The notes: generated by a model not told the origin, from the letters alone. Counted from the stretch's first letter, positions 23,105-33,199 are shown. The stretch is DNA of 64,000 nucleotides from a virus (IMGVR_UViG_3300021399_000101:129630-193629), one strand, 5' to 3'. Numbers and translations are program-made.

Positions 23105-24402
23105 AGAGCGTTAACTATTATCTTAAGCAAGAAAAGCCCTGCGACAACCCAAGTCGTCGGCTTGATTTCCTTGAACTTCTTTGTAACTGCCTTGATAATC
23201 ACGTAAGAAAGAATACCAAACATGATACCATCTGAGATGCTATAAGCGCACACCATAAACAATATCGTTAAAAATGCTGGTATTGCTTCAGTCATGTCAG
23301 AAAAGTCAATATCCACAATTGGAGTGACCATCATAACACCAACAATAATCAAAGCAGGAGCGGTAGCAGCGCTTGGAATCGAGCCAAACAATGGTTCAAG
23401 GAACAAGGCCAACAAGAAAAGAATGGCTGTTGTGACTGCAGTTAAGCCTGTTTTGCCACCCTCTGAGACACCAGAAGCGCTCTCAACGAATGTTGTAACT
23501 GTAGAAGTTCCAAGGACGGCGCCAACAGTAGTTCCGATTGCGTCAGCAAAAAGAGCTTCCTTACAATTAGGAATGCTTCCGTCTTCCTTAACGATTCCAG
23601 ATTTTCCGGCGCAACCAATAAGTGTTCCAACTGTGTCAAACATATCCACAAACAAGAACGTGAACATTACGATAACGAAGTCGAAAATTGCCTGACCGCT
23701 TGAGAAAATTTCCTTAAATGCGAAATCAAAGAAATAAGGTGAACTTGGAAGGTATGAACCGCCAGCATAAGTTGTGATTCCAAAAGGAATGCCGATAAGT
23801 GTAGTAGCGATAATTCCGATAAGCAAAGCACCCTTTACCTTCCATGCGAGAAGAGCGGCCGTGATTACAAGGCCAATCATCGCAAGACCAGCAGGGCCCT
23901 TGAACCAAGAACCGCTAAGTTCAACAAGTGTTGCTCCACCGACAATAATTCCAGCGTTCTGAAGGCCAATAAACGCAATAAACAATCCAATGCCGGCCGC
24001 TATTGCTTTCTTTAGCGAAGGCGGAATACTATTGACAATCGCCTCTCTTACATTTAGGAACGTAAGCAATAGGAATATAATACCTTCAACAAAAACCGCT
24101 GTCAATGCAAACTGCCATGAGTGGCCCATTCCTATACATACCGTATAGGCGAAGAAGGCGTTCAGTCCCATGCCTGCAGAAAGTGCGAATGGCAAGTTTG
24201 CCGCAAGTCCCATAACCAAGGTTGCTATGGCAGATGCAATAGCTGTTGCAGCAAATACCTTACCGAATGCCATACCGGTCGCAGAAAGTATGCCCGGGTT
24301 TACAGCCAGGATGTAAGCCATGGTCATAAACGTCGTGATACCGGCCATAATTTCGGTCTTGAAATCAGTGCCCCTTTCCTTCAATTTAAATAATTTTTCC
24401 AT
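23101..24402 (-). CDS. NCS2-family (AzgA/PbuG-like) purine permease
   Basis: AGITTFMTMAYIL.VNP..L, DMFDTVGTL, TTFVESASG..EGGKTGLTA; multiple TM helices. Confidence 0.93.
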   Translation of the reverse strand: MEKLFKLKERGTDFKTEIMAGITTFMTMAYILAVNPGILSATGMAFGKVFAATAIASAIATLVMGLAANLPFALSAGMGLNAFFAYTVCIGMGHSWQFALTAVFVEGIIFLLLTFLNVREAIVNSIPPSLKKAIAAGIGLFIAFIGLQNAGIIVGGATLVELSGSWFKGPAGLAMIGLVITAALLAWKVKGALLIGIIATTLIGIPFGITTYAGGSYLPSSPYFFDFAFKEIFSSGQAIFDFVIVMFTFLFVDMFDTVGTLIGCAGKSGIVKEDGSIPNCKEALFADAIGTTVGAVLGTSTVTTFVESASGVSEGGKTGLTAVTTAILFLLALFLEPLFGSIPSAATAPALIIVGVMMVTPIVDIDFSDMTEAIPAFLTILFMVCAYSISDGIMFGILSYVIIKAVTKKFKEIKPTTWVVAGLFLLKIIVNAL

Positions 24403-24494
24403 TAAACTCTCCTTGAGTTAAAAGTTTTACATATTTATATAAGTGCTAAAAAAGTTTAAAGCCACCCGTAGGTGGCTTTATGTTAGAGTTTTAA

Positions 24495-24995
24495 TTAACC
24501 TTCAGGCTGTTGCGCTGAAGAAGCGGCTGAACTTGCAACCGTGATTGCAAAACTTGCCGCTTGACTTGCATATGTTATAGCTACACTTGTATCAGTTGTG
24601 GCAAGCTGAGTTCCAGCAGCAGGAGTTGCTGTATAACCAGTTACAATTTCTTTCTTACCGTCACCACTATATGTAGCAGTTACCTCAAGACCTGTAAGAT
24701 CAAGAGTCTCGCCTTCGGTATAATTAGTCTTTGTCGGCTCCTTTGTAATTGCAATACCTTCAACTACAAGAGGACTTGCTTCCTCCCAAACGTTTCCATT
24801 ACCGAAAAAGTCAGGATTGTCGCCAGTCTTATAAGAAGTATCAGTATAAGGTGAAGTTCCTCCAGTTACTTCAGGATATCCGCCATGAGCATAACCCTGC
24901 GCTCCAGAAGCTGCGTCTTTATGATAATTAAAAACATTAGTAAATCCAGCTGCAGGATTAAGACCATCTTTATTTGTATAACTTAAATCTGACAT
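24495..24995 (-). CDS. Ig-like domain virion decoration protein
   Basis: ITKEPTKTNYTEGETLDLTGLEVTATYS bacterial Ig-like domain; AAGATAAT upstream. Confidence 0.75.
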   Translation of the reverse strand: MSDLSYTNKDGLNPAAGFTNVFNYHKDAASGAQGYAHGGYPEVTGGTSPYTDTSYKTGDNPDFFGNGNVWEEASPLVVEGIAITKEPTKTNYTEGETLDLTGLEVTATYSGDGKKEIVTGYTATPAAGTQLATTDTSVAITYASQAASFAITVASSAASSAQQPEG

Positions 24996-25021
24996 ATTTT
25001 CTCCTATTAAGAAATGTTCTC

Positions 25022-25459
25022 TTAATTATCTTTACTTCTAAATATAACTATCATGCTTGGAAATGGAGCGGGATTTTTTCCATCATTGAATTTTAATCTC
25101 CCTCTCAAAAATCTTATTTCGCCTTTCAAACAATAATCATGGAACCATTTAGTATCAGTGCGAGCCGGAAGTAAACAAACAACCGTAGAGCCTTTTAATG
25201 AGGTTTCATAAGCCTTTTGAACCCAAATACCTATTTGGCGACCATAAGGAGGATTCATATAACACATTCTGAAGTCAGACCAATTTTGGCTCAGGCCATC
25301 TTCAGCTTTTGAGAAGTATCTGGGACATTTAGCGTTTTCTGCAGAAGCGCATACGTCCACATCAAAATTAAACTCCGCATTTAATTCATCAAAAAGTTTT
25401 TGCGGAGTTCCATAATCATCGGAATTTGAAGTGAAAAGACCGGGATTAATCTGACTCAT
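25022..25459 (-). CDS. phage DNA N6-adenine methyltransferase
   Basis: TPQKLFDEL...F..DV.AS.ENAKC, NPPYG, LLPARTDTKWFH, GRLKF, APFPS. Confidence 0.9.
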   Translation of the reverse strand: MSQINPGLFTSNSDDYGTPQKLFDELNAEFNFDVDVCASAENAKCPRYFSKAEDGLSQNWSDFRMCYMNPPYGRQIGIWVQKAYETSLKGSTVVCLLPARTDTKWFHDYCLKGEIRFLRGRLKFNDGKNPAPFPSMIVIFRSKDN

Positions 25460-25460
25460 G

Positions 25461-25874
25461 CTATACATTCTCCGGCTTTGTATAACGGCACTTTCCTTTG
25501 CTGATTGATATTCTGCCCTGCCTTTGATACATATCGTCACCGCGGATAACTGTTCCGGAAGCTTTTATATTTGGGAAATCCTTAGCAATTTTTCTCCAGC
25601 AACCGATTGGAGTTTCATAATCAGACCAAACCCTCATTACAAGCTCATCTCCATCCCAGCTTGGAGAACACGACAAATCGCAAAGGCTGTTTACGCCAAC
25701 CAATTTCTTTAATTTTGAGTAGTCTTCATCTTTCCAATTATTATCTGGAATACCTGTTTCAAAAACATTATAATAAAAACCGCCCTCATCACCATCCTCG
25801 GCAAGTTTATATATTTTTTCCAAATCTTCTTTATTCCCACTAAATTTTATAAACGTATCAGAACCAACACTCAT
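25461..25874 (-). CDS. hypothetical protein
   Basis: 137 aa ORF, GGAG RBS, CTTATATA motif upstream. Confidence 0.7.
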   Translation of the reverse strand: MSVGSDTFIKFSGNKEDLEKIYKLAEDGDEGGFYYNVFETGIPDNNWKDEDYSKLKKLVGVNSLCDLSCSPSWDGDELVMRVWSDYETPIGCWRKIAKDFPNIKASGTVIRGDDMYQRQGRISISKGKCRYTKPENV

Positions 25875-25918
25875 AATTTATACTCCTTTATTTATTATAT
25901 AAGTTTTAAGATAATATT

Positions 25919-27076
25919 ATGGAACTAGAAAATTTATTAGAAGTAATCTCTTTTAAAACAACAAAAAATAGAATTAGAAAAGAAACTATAGATAAAAAGC
26001 TCGCTCAAACAAAAGAAAATAGTAATATTGAAGTAAATGCACCCGAAAAAACAGTTTTTGATTATGATAAAATAACCAAAAGAGGAAAAGGCGCAGGAAC
26101 CATTAAGCCTGGAGAAGGCGAAGTCCCTCTTAAATGTAAAAATGGCGATAACCACCTTTTAAACAAAAAGAAAAATGTGTTTACGTTCAAACAGTTAGAA
26201 GATAAACTTAACGCAAAAAATGAACAACCAATTTGTAAAACCTGTGCTGACGAAGAAGGAAAAGCAACTACTGGAACCTCTCGTTCAGAGCTAGATTTTA
26301 AAGATGCCTTAGTAGACTTTATCACAAAAGAACTTGGATGTAACGTAACAGTACACTTTGGTTCAAATAAAGCCAAAACGGAATATCTATCTAAAAGTGG
26401 AAAATCAGAATTAGATTACGATATAAAGATAGATGACAATAACGATGGTACAAAAGCATTCGCTATCAGCATACAAGGAGCTCCTCACACTCCATACAAT
26501 CAAAGCGCAAACGATAACGATTCAATTAGAGCGGCAGAAGAAGCTAAAAGAGGTCGTCCTTATATAGTTACCCCTGCATATCTTAAAGATGAAAAGTTAT
26601 TTAATGACAAGCTTAACGATATGAAAGTTTTCATAAGGAACCTTTATGGGAAAATTACGCCTCCGATTCAATCAAGAAAAGCAAAAAAGCTGATTAGAAG
26701 ATTCGGACCTAATTCTCCACAAGTAAATTATCGTGTAAACGAACGCAGCAAAGCCTTAAATGACAGAATCGAATTCATTAAAAATTCACCAATTCAAAAG
26801 CAATTAAATCAAATTATAAATGCTTTACAAGACAATATAGGTTATAATAGAACTAAATATAATGGCAAATACGATAATATAATAGATTACATGCAAAAAG
26901 ATGAAAAAAGATTTGGTTCTTTTGAAAACCATAAAGATGAATGGAACGAGCTAATTAATGTAGGCACGAAGCAAGAATTCGATAATTGGGTTAATAAATA
27001 TCAAGCAGTATCTAGAGTTGAAAAAGAGTATTTAGGCACTCCAAAATCTAAAAAACTATTTGAAGATAAAAACTAA
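25919..27076 (+). CDS. hypothetical protein, possibly a degenerate PD-(D/E)XK nuclease with Zn ribbon
   Basis: C...H..ICKTC, then E.....L / ELDYD / AISIQG..H / ND pattern; AAGATAAT upstream; lone plus-strand gene. Confidence 0.5.
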   Translation: MELENLLEVISFKTTKNRIRKETIDKKLAQTKENSNIEVNAPEKTVFDYDKITKRGKGAGTIKPGEGEVPLKCKNGDNHLLNKKKNVFTFKQLEDKLNAKNEQPICKTCADEEGKATTGTSRSELDFKDALVDFITKELGCNVTVHFGSNKAKTEYLSKSGKSELDYDIKIDDNNDGTKAFAISIQGAPHTPYNQSANDNDSIRAAEEAKRGRPYIVTPAYLKDEKLFNDKLNDMKVFIRNLYGKITPPIQSRKAKKLIRRFGPNSPQVNYRVNERSKALNDRIEFIKNSPIQKQLNQIINALQDNIGYNRTKYNGKYDNIIDYMQKDEKRFGSFENHKDEWNELINVGTKQEFDNWVNKYQAVSRVEKEYLGTPKSKKLFEDKN

Positions 27077-27102
27077 AAGCAGCCAATTGGCTGCTTTTTT
27101 AT

Positions 27103-28350
27103 TTATAAGTAATTATTCTCTGAAGTAACCACATAGTAGTATATGTTGGATGTATAGACTCCGCCATAATTCAACAGGTCTGCATTTATCTGCTCTTCTG
27201 TCAAACCCCCAAAATCTATCTCAACATCACCATTGAAAATGATAGAGTAACTTGTCTTACCTTCTCTGTCTATCAACTTTGTAGTTATAGGCGGGTCGTT
27301 AAAATTTATATAGTGAGCAGGCTTTCCATTATTGCTCTTATCAGTTCCATCAAATGTTGCAACCACATTTCCATCATGAAGCACATTCAGAGTATAAGGT
27401 ATCTGCTTCCCTGAAACTCTGTTTATGAGTTTAAACCCGCCTGTTACATTTGTCTTTGAACTGTCACTTGCAGATAGGAAGACAAATACTTTGTTGTTCC
27501 AATCATACTGTGCCTTAGACTGACAGAAAAAAGACATATTAGCAATGATAGACTTACCATTGTTCTCTCTAACTGTCTTAAGAATGTCGAGACTTAATGC
27601 ATTGACAGTTGGATTTACAAACAGAGACACCAGACTGTATCTCGGTTTTTCAGAACCAAAGTATCCACTCAGAACTACAGTATAATGGCCTTGGTGAGCA
27701 GGGTTGTCACAGTTGTTCTCTTCACAATGCCAATTGATGGTAAAGATGGCCATGTAGTCATCTTTCTCAGACAGCCTTTGTCTATCCTCAGATGTCAGTT
27801 CATCCATACAAAGAACAAGGTCAGCATGGAATCTGTCAATGGTCTTCATTGTTCCGCTGCTGTCTATTCTGACATAACTTCCTGACTCTGATACAGGAGG
27901 AGTGATATATGTCATTGAACCTGTCAACTTGGTATTAGTAAGCCTATCTGATAAATTGACATCCACCCCATTAGAGCCAAGATTATAGTTGGTATCCTGA
28001 CCATTCTTTATCCTGCACTTTGGTCTCATGGCAAGATAATAATTTCTGTATTTAGAAGGGTCAGACTGAGAGACAAACTTTCCATCTGTCACAATCTCAA
28101 ATCTGAGTTTGTGTTCACAGTCCTGAACACCAAAGTTGCCAAGAGTATTTATTGTACTGTAAGTTCCAGATATGGGGTCACCTATACTCTTGTCTTGTGT
28201 CCAAGTCTTCGTATAATTAGGGAGATAGTAGGCGTCACCCAAGTTTATGGTATCTGTCATTCTTGTGGAATACATATACCAGACCTTTTCAGCACCAAAG
28301 AGTAGAGAAGAACATAAAAGAATTATCAAAAATATCAGCAGTTTCTTCAT
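27103..28350 (-). CDS. secreted two-domain pilin/adhesin-like protein
   Basis: Signal peptide MKKLLIFLIILLCSSLLFG; C-terminal GGVYTSNIYYYV. Confidence 0.65.
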   Translation of the reverse strand: MKKLLIFLIILLCSSLLFGAEKVWYMYSTRMTDTINLGDAYYLPNYTKTWTQDKSIGDPISGTYSTINTLGNFGVQDCEHKLRFEIVTDGKFVSQSDPSKYRNYYLAMRPKCRIKNGQDTNYNLGSNGVDVNLSDRLTNTKLTGSMTYITPPVSESGSYVRIDSSGTMKTIDRFHADLVLCMDELTSEDRQRLSEKDDYMAIFTINWHCEENNCDNPAHQGHYTVVLSGYFGSEKPRYSLVSLFVNPTVNALSLDILKTVRENNGKSIIANMSFFCQSKAQYDWNNKVFVFLSASDSSKTNVTGGFKLINRVSGKQIPYTLNVLHDGNVVATFDGTDKSNNGKPAHYINFNDPPITTKLIDREGKTSYSIIFNGDVEIDFGGLTEEQINADLLNYGGVYTSNIYYYVVTSENNYL

Positions 28351-28922
28351 TGCAGGCTCTCCAGAACTAAGGTTACTGTGGAATGATAAGTTCCACTGTC
28401 AACTACTTCTGTACACAATCTCAGGTACAGACCTGCATTTTGCAACATTAAGATTCCTTGAATCTCATTAAATCTAAGTACTGCATTTTCATTGGCTAAA
28501 CAATACTCTGTCTTTTCCACCATAGAGGTGCCTTTCAAAACAGAATATACTGTACACAATTCATAATCATATTTTATAGAAGCATTATCATCATTTATCA
28601 GTTTGTCATGTGATATTGTCAGCTGATAATCAGAACTTGATGATATCAGAGAATAGTTAGCAATTAACAGACCAGGTACTGACTTCGGAGTTTGTGTAGG
28701 TGAAATCAAGTATCTAAAATTATTAGTTTCATCATTTATATTTAGATTAAGCCCTTTACCATCATTTGAGCCAGCATAATAGAAACTTGAGACTGTCATT
28801 TCAAAAACACCATTTATATGTGCAAGAATGCTGGTGTTTGTTGTGAGAAAGTCAAATTCCTTCCAGGCAAACAGTGGAGTAAGAACAAGAACCATAAGAA
28901 TAATTACAAGTATCTTCTTCAT
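28347..28922 (-). CDS. secreted pilin-like protein
   Basis: Signal peptide; C-terminal SGTYHSTVTLVL. Confidence 0.7.
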   Translation of the reverse strand: MKKILVIILMVLVLTPLFAWKEFDFLTTNTSILAHINGVFEMTVSSFYYAGSNDGKGLNLNINDETNNFRYLISPTQTPKSVPGLLIANYSLISSSSDYQLTISHDKLINDDNASIKYDYELCTVYSVLKGTSMVEKTEYCLANENAVLRFNEIQGILMLQNAGLYLRLCTEVVDSGTYHSTVTLVLESLQ

Positions 28923-29512
28923 GTTGCGTTGAACTCCACTGTCACATAACTGACATAATCGAAATTACCTGCTGTATCTTCATCATATTCAAGAATCTGA
29001 AGTGTACAGTATCCTGACTTTGGATGATTCTTCTTTACATTCTCATTATAGGTGAAAGAAGCTGAGTTGACGATGAATGAAGATGCCCCTGAGGAACCCT
29101 GTCTGTACCCCGGATAGGATGAACTTCCTGAAGTGGAAGTTGTGAACTCATGTGTCTTTAAAGTGGTGCCGTCTGTCATCTTGACAGTATGCTTGGGAAC
29201 ATAGTAAGTTCCGTTTGAGAAAGCCTGCAAAGGGGTGATTGTGAATGTGACGGTCACATCTATGTTCTTGTTGCCTGACAGCTCCCAGTTGAAGATTGTA
29301 ACCTCTCCTATTGTAGGGTCATCATCAGTATAGATGTCACCCGCATGATATATCCTGTCCATATCAAGATTGGAATCCGAAGCCCATACTCTGAAAATAA
29401 GGTTGGCCTCAGCTTCCTCATAGTATCCGTTTATATATACATGGTCAGTCACTATGGCATAAAAGCTTACTGGGATAAGAACCATAATCAGAACTATAAG
29501 TATCTTTCTCAT
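28919..29512 (-). CDS. secreted pilin-like protein
   Basis: Signal peptide; C-terminal AGNFDYVSYVTVEF. Confidence 0.7.
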   Translation of the reverse strand: MRKILIVLIMVLIPVSFYAIVTDHVYINGYYEEAEANLIFRVWASDSNLDMDRIYHAGDIYTDDDPTIGEVTIFNWELSGNKNIDVTVTFTITPLQAFSNGTYYVPKHTVKMTDGTTLKTHEFTTSTSGSSSYPGYRQGSSGASSFIVNSASFTYNENVKKNHPKSGYCTLQILEYDEDTAGNFDYVSYVTVEFNAT

Positions 29513-30060
29513 TCTGATACCCTCGCTATTGTGACCATGGAGTAATAATCTCCCTTGGCCATCTCATCAAAGTCAGTCAGAACCGCATCAAGATAAATCT
29601 TGGCAACTGTCTCACCAGAACCTATGACAGTGAACTGCACCACTTTTGTATTATCATCCTCATTAGGGTCCACATCAAGGATTGACGGGAATCCGTTTCC
29701 GTAGGTGATATACAACTCATAAGGATGAAGTTCAGGTCCGTCTGATTTCTTCATAGGGGTAGCGGAGAACTCTATCCTATGAGTTCCCTTGACATTGGTG
29801 ATGTATTTAATCAAACAGACATTGCATAATGTGGAGTTGTCAGCAGGAGATATATCTTTGAGATAATTGTCATCCATATCCTGCGGAAGACTTCCTGACC
29901 CGCTGTAAGGAACAACATACATTTCAGTGGTCTTTATGTTGTTGACAACCCAATGAACATTGAAATTAATATTTCCTGAATCCACAGCAAAAATATATGA
30001 AAAGACCATTGTAAATAAAAATAAGATTGTCAATGCTTTTTTCATATATTTCTCCAACAT
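29509..30060 (-). CDS. secreted pilin-like protein
   Basis: Signal peptide; C-terminal KGDYYSMVTIA. Confidence 0.7.
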   Translation of the reverse strand: MLEKYMKKALTILFLFTMVFSYIFAVDSGNINFNVHWVVNNIKTTEMYVVPYSGSGSLPQDMDDNYLKDISPADNSTLCNVCLIKYITNVKGTHRIEFSATPMKKSDGPELHPYELYITYGNGFPSILDVDPNEDDNTKVVQFTVIGSGETVAKIYLDAVLTDFDEMAKGDYYSMVTIARVSE

Positions 30061-30175
30061 TTGTAAAAAAATTATATATACAAGATAAAAATTTAAGGGC
30101 CATAATCCAATAGGTTTAATATGTGAATTATGGCCCTTAGAAAACGGTTGGTTCAGTAAGAACCTTTGTCAATGA

Positions 30176-30811
30176 TTAGTTAGAAGCAATTGTCAGAGTA
30201 ACTGTTGCCTGATAATCACCAGAAACTGCGTCCTCATTCTTGTTCCAAGTGCATGTGAAGGTAGCAACTGTAACAGGAGCATCTGTTGTAGCAGGCTGAG
30301 CATTACCAAGATAAGTAATTGTCTTAGCAGTTGCATCTCCGCCATAAGTTGCCTTAGCAGCAGCAAGGCTACCATCAGCAAATGTATTAACAGTTTTTGA
30401 ATTTACTGTGAACTTCTTGTACTGCTCATCTGCAGGATGTGCAGTTGTAGTAACTGCGACAACACCAGTACCAGCTGCATTAGGATACTGATAAAGAACA
30501 AGGTCAGTAGCAGTAGCAGAAAGAGTGTAAGTCTTAACAGACCTGCTCTTTGAAATCTGATTGACATTGAAAGTCACTGTCTGATTTGCATTAAGAAGCT
30601 CATCTGTTGTGATAACATAAGCATTATCAAGAGTACCTGCTGCCCCACCTAAATCATCATAAACAGTACCAGCTGCGAGTCTGAAAGTAGGCTCAATAGC
30701 ATTGATGTGTGTTGTAATGATAAGTGAAGCATCACCAGTGGAAGTTGCATCAGCGAAAACACCAACAAGAACAACTGCCATCATCAAAAGTGCGATAAGA
30801 AATTTCTTCAT
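30176..30811 (-). CDS. secreted pilin-like protein (candidate major subunit)
   Basis: AGGAG RBS; signal peptide MKKFLIALLMMAVVLVGVFA; Ala/Thr-rich; C-terminal SGDYQATVTLTI. Confidence 0.75.
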   Translation of the reverse strand: MKKFLIALLMMAVVLVGVFADATSTGDASLIITTHINAIEPTFRLAAGTVYDDLGGAAGTLDNAYVITTDELLNANQTVTFNVNQISKSRSVKTYTLSATATDLVLYQYPNAAGTGVVAVTTTAHPADEQYKKFTVNSKTVNTFADGSLAAAKATYGGDATAKTITYLGNAQPATTDAPVTVATFTCTWNKNEDAVSGDYQATVTLTIASN

Positions 30812-30842
30812 AATTTTTATTCTCCTATAGGATTAAATTTTC

Positions 30843-31511
30843 TCAGTTTGTGATATAGCTCATGGTGATGTTTGATGTATATTCACCAGGGGCTAAGCCT
30901 TCTGTCTTCTTCCAAGTAGCCGTAAAGAAGGCAAGATTTATATTTTCGATTGACTTACACAGATGGTAAGCTAAATAAAAATCAACACCATTATTTGTCT
31001 GAGAACCAGTTACTTTCAGACAATCCATATCTAAACAGCTTATATCTGAAATCACAGGCTGCGGAGTACTTACTACAGCAGTAGGATCCCGTGAAATCAG
31101 ATACTCGGACTCAATATTCACCAGACTTTCAGCTTCCACTGAAATGCTTATGGTCTCGTCTGTCCTTGTTTTGGCCAGCTGTGCTATCCGGAAATATACT
31201 TTTATATCTCCCTCAGATATATCATCAGCAATCAACGAATCCAACCCAGCATTGTTGGCAGAATCAAGCCCACCGTATAACTTATACAGGCTCAGCATTC
31301 CTTCACCTGCCGTAGCGGCATTACTTAAAGTAATTTTAGAAACAGTAGACCTAACCACTATGGTGCTTGTTTGCAGCGTTTGTGCAAATATGCAAAAAGG
31401 AAGCAAACAAAGCAAAAAAAATAAAAGTATTTTTTTAATCTTATGGCCTCCTTTTTGTTTTCCATCATTATCTTTAGCATTAGCAAGAAATTTTTTAATT
31501 TTTTTTAACAA
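30843..31511 (-). CDS. secreted pilin-like protein
   Basis: Hydrophobic N-region ending CIFA; C-terminal PGEYTSNITMSY. Confidence 0.7.
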   Translation of the reverse strand: MLKKIKKFLANAKDNDGKQKGGHKIKKILLFFLLCLLPFCIFAQTLQTSTIVVRSTVSKITLSNAATAGEGMLSLYKLYGGLDSANNAGLDSLIADDISEGDIKVYFRIAQLAKTRTDETISISVEAESLVNIESEYLISRDPTAVVSTPQPVISDISCLDMDCLKVTGSQTNNGVDFYLAYHLCKSIENINLAFFTATWKKTEGLAPGEYTSNITMSYITN

Positions 31512-31652
31512 TTCATTTTACAAATTTTAAAAATTTTTGTCAATTTTATTTTATTCTGTTTATATATAAGTTGCGAGTTTCTTAACTTTTTCCAAGTCCG
31601 CAACTTTCCGTTAACAGTTTATCAAATTTTAAATTTTTTGTAAATAAAAAAA

Positions 31653-31680
31653 AGACCGCTTAATTAAGCGGTCTTTTTAT
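31653..31680 (-). terminator. terminator after the major capsid gene
   Basis: AAAGACCGCT-TAATT-AAGCGGTCTTT inverted repeat with A/T tracts. Confidence 0.75.
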
Positions 31681-31698
31681 CTTCAGCTAATTCTTCGA

Positions 31699-33174
31699 TT
31701 AAGGAAGGTTGGTAATAGCAAGCTTTGCGTAGAACCACTCTCCACGAGGAGCAAGGGTAAGAGCATATCTGCTGAAGAATCCCTTGTTCTCATCGAATGT
31801 ATTCGGATCGAAGATGGAAGGTGTCATCCAGTTTGCATAAGGGCTGTAAACAACACCGGCACCGAATGTACTAATCGGGCTCTTGAAACCAAGAAGGATA
31901 ACATCCTCATCTGCTTCAACTCTGTTAGGATCGACGAAGTACTTAATCTTGCTCATGCTACCGATTGTGTAGATGTTAGGTGATGTAACAACAGTCTCCT
32001 TTGAGAACTCAGGAAGCATCTGAAGGATAGCTGCAACCTTAGGTGACACAACTGCCCAGTTAGCAGCACCCTGTCTGTTGTACTGAGCCATCTTTCCAGC
32101 GAGTGTGAAGATGCTCTGTGCAAGTGCACGATGTCTGTCGAGGTAGTTGTAAACGGGGTCTGTTCCGTTGAAGTTCCAGTTGTGGCTGTAAGCGAGCTGT
32201 GTAGGAACTGACTGGTCAATGAAGCTGATGATTTCACGGTCGATTTCATAGTTCATTTCAACAGATGCCATCTTAACAAGCTCTGCATCAAGGTCCATAT
32301 TGAAGTGAGCCTTGAGGTCCTGCATTGCTTCACGAGTGAATCTGACCTTGAGCTTTCTCTCGACTGTCTCGACAGATTTGCTCATAATCTGGAACTGCAT
32401 CTCAGGAATGTAAGCAGAAGATTCCTGCTGATATCTTACGAAGACAGAATAAGTGTCATTTGCAGTGTAAGTTGCAGGAGACTCAAGTGCAGGGAATGTA
32501 ACAACAATTGAGCCATCAGATGGAGCAGCAGCTGTAAGAGCAATAGCAGCACCGCCCTTGGTTGGGAATGCATAAGCCTTAACAATTGTCATGTTTGCCT
32601 TAATGAAGGAATCAGTACATGTGAATGTCCAAGCGTCTGCGGATGTGGATGCAACTGTAGCTGTGTAAGGTCCAAGATTCTGTGAGCTGTAATATGCCTG
32701 ACCAGCAATGTTTGCGCCAGCAGCAATATCCTGAGGATAGTTACCTGTGAAAGCCTGGTTCTTTAAGACGCCAGCCTTGTCATTGCTATACTGATATTCA
32801 GCATAGAAGATAACACCAGTCTTGCCCTGGATAGGCTGAACTGAAACGAGCTCATGAGCGATGAGCTGTGGCATGACACGTCTGATAACAGGAAGCATTA
32901 CCTTAGGAACGACGTAGTTTGCAACGCCCTTTCTAGGAACGTCAGCGCCGATTGTTCCCTGATAATCAGCCTGTGAAACGTTGGGGTTGGTGATGGGCTC
33001 TTCCATGAGAATTTCATCCATGGCTGATTCTGAAGCGAGCTCATTTTCTACCATATAGTTAGCGGAGTTCTCGAGAACCATCATTGTAGCATTGCGTACA
33101 TACTCATCCTCGATGCCTTCGCACATAAATGACCATCTATTCTGAAGGTCTTCAAGATTCTTAACTCTTGTCAT
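31699..33174 (-). CDS. major capsid protein (T4 gp23-like)
   Basis: LPVIRRVMPQLIAHELVSVQPI, RKLKVRFTREAMQDLKA.., EIDREII, DPNTF....GFFSRYA. Confidence 0.95.
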   Translation of the reverse strand: MTRVKNLEDLQNRWSFMCEGIEDEYVRNATMMVLENSANYMVENELASESAMDEILMEEPITNPNVSQADYQGTIGADVPRKGVANYVVPKVMLPVIRRVMPQLIAHELVSVQPIQGKTGVIFYAEYQYSNDKAGVLKNQAFTGNYPQDIAAGANIAGQAYYSSQNLGPYTATVASTSADAWTFTCTDSFIKANMTIVKAYAFPTKGGAAIALTAAAPSDGSIVVTFPALESPATYTANDTYSVFVRYQQESSAYIPEMQFQIMSKSVETVERKLKVRFTREAMQDLKAHFNMDLDAELVKMASVEMNYEIDREIISFIDQSVPTQLAYSHNWNFNGTDPVYNYLDRHRALAQSIFTLAGKMAQYNRQGAANWAVVSPKVAAILQMLPEFSKETVVTSPNIYTIGSMSKIKYFVDPNRVEADEDVILLGFKSPISTFGAGVVYSPYANWMTPSIFDPNTFDENKGFFSRYALTLAPRGEWFYAKLAITNLP

Positions 33175-33199
33175 ATTATTAAAAATACTCCTATTTTAA

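Noticed and set aside
24403-24480. Purine riboswitch upstream of the permease and apt
   Set aside because: Only about 65 nt of AT-rich sequence lie before the upstream terminator, with no three-way-junction consensus.
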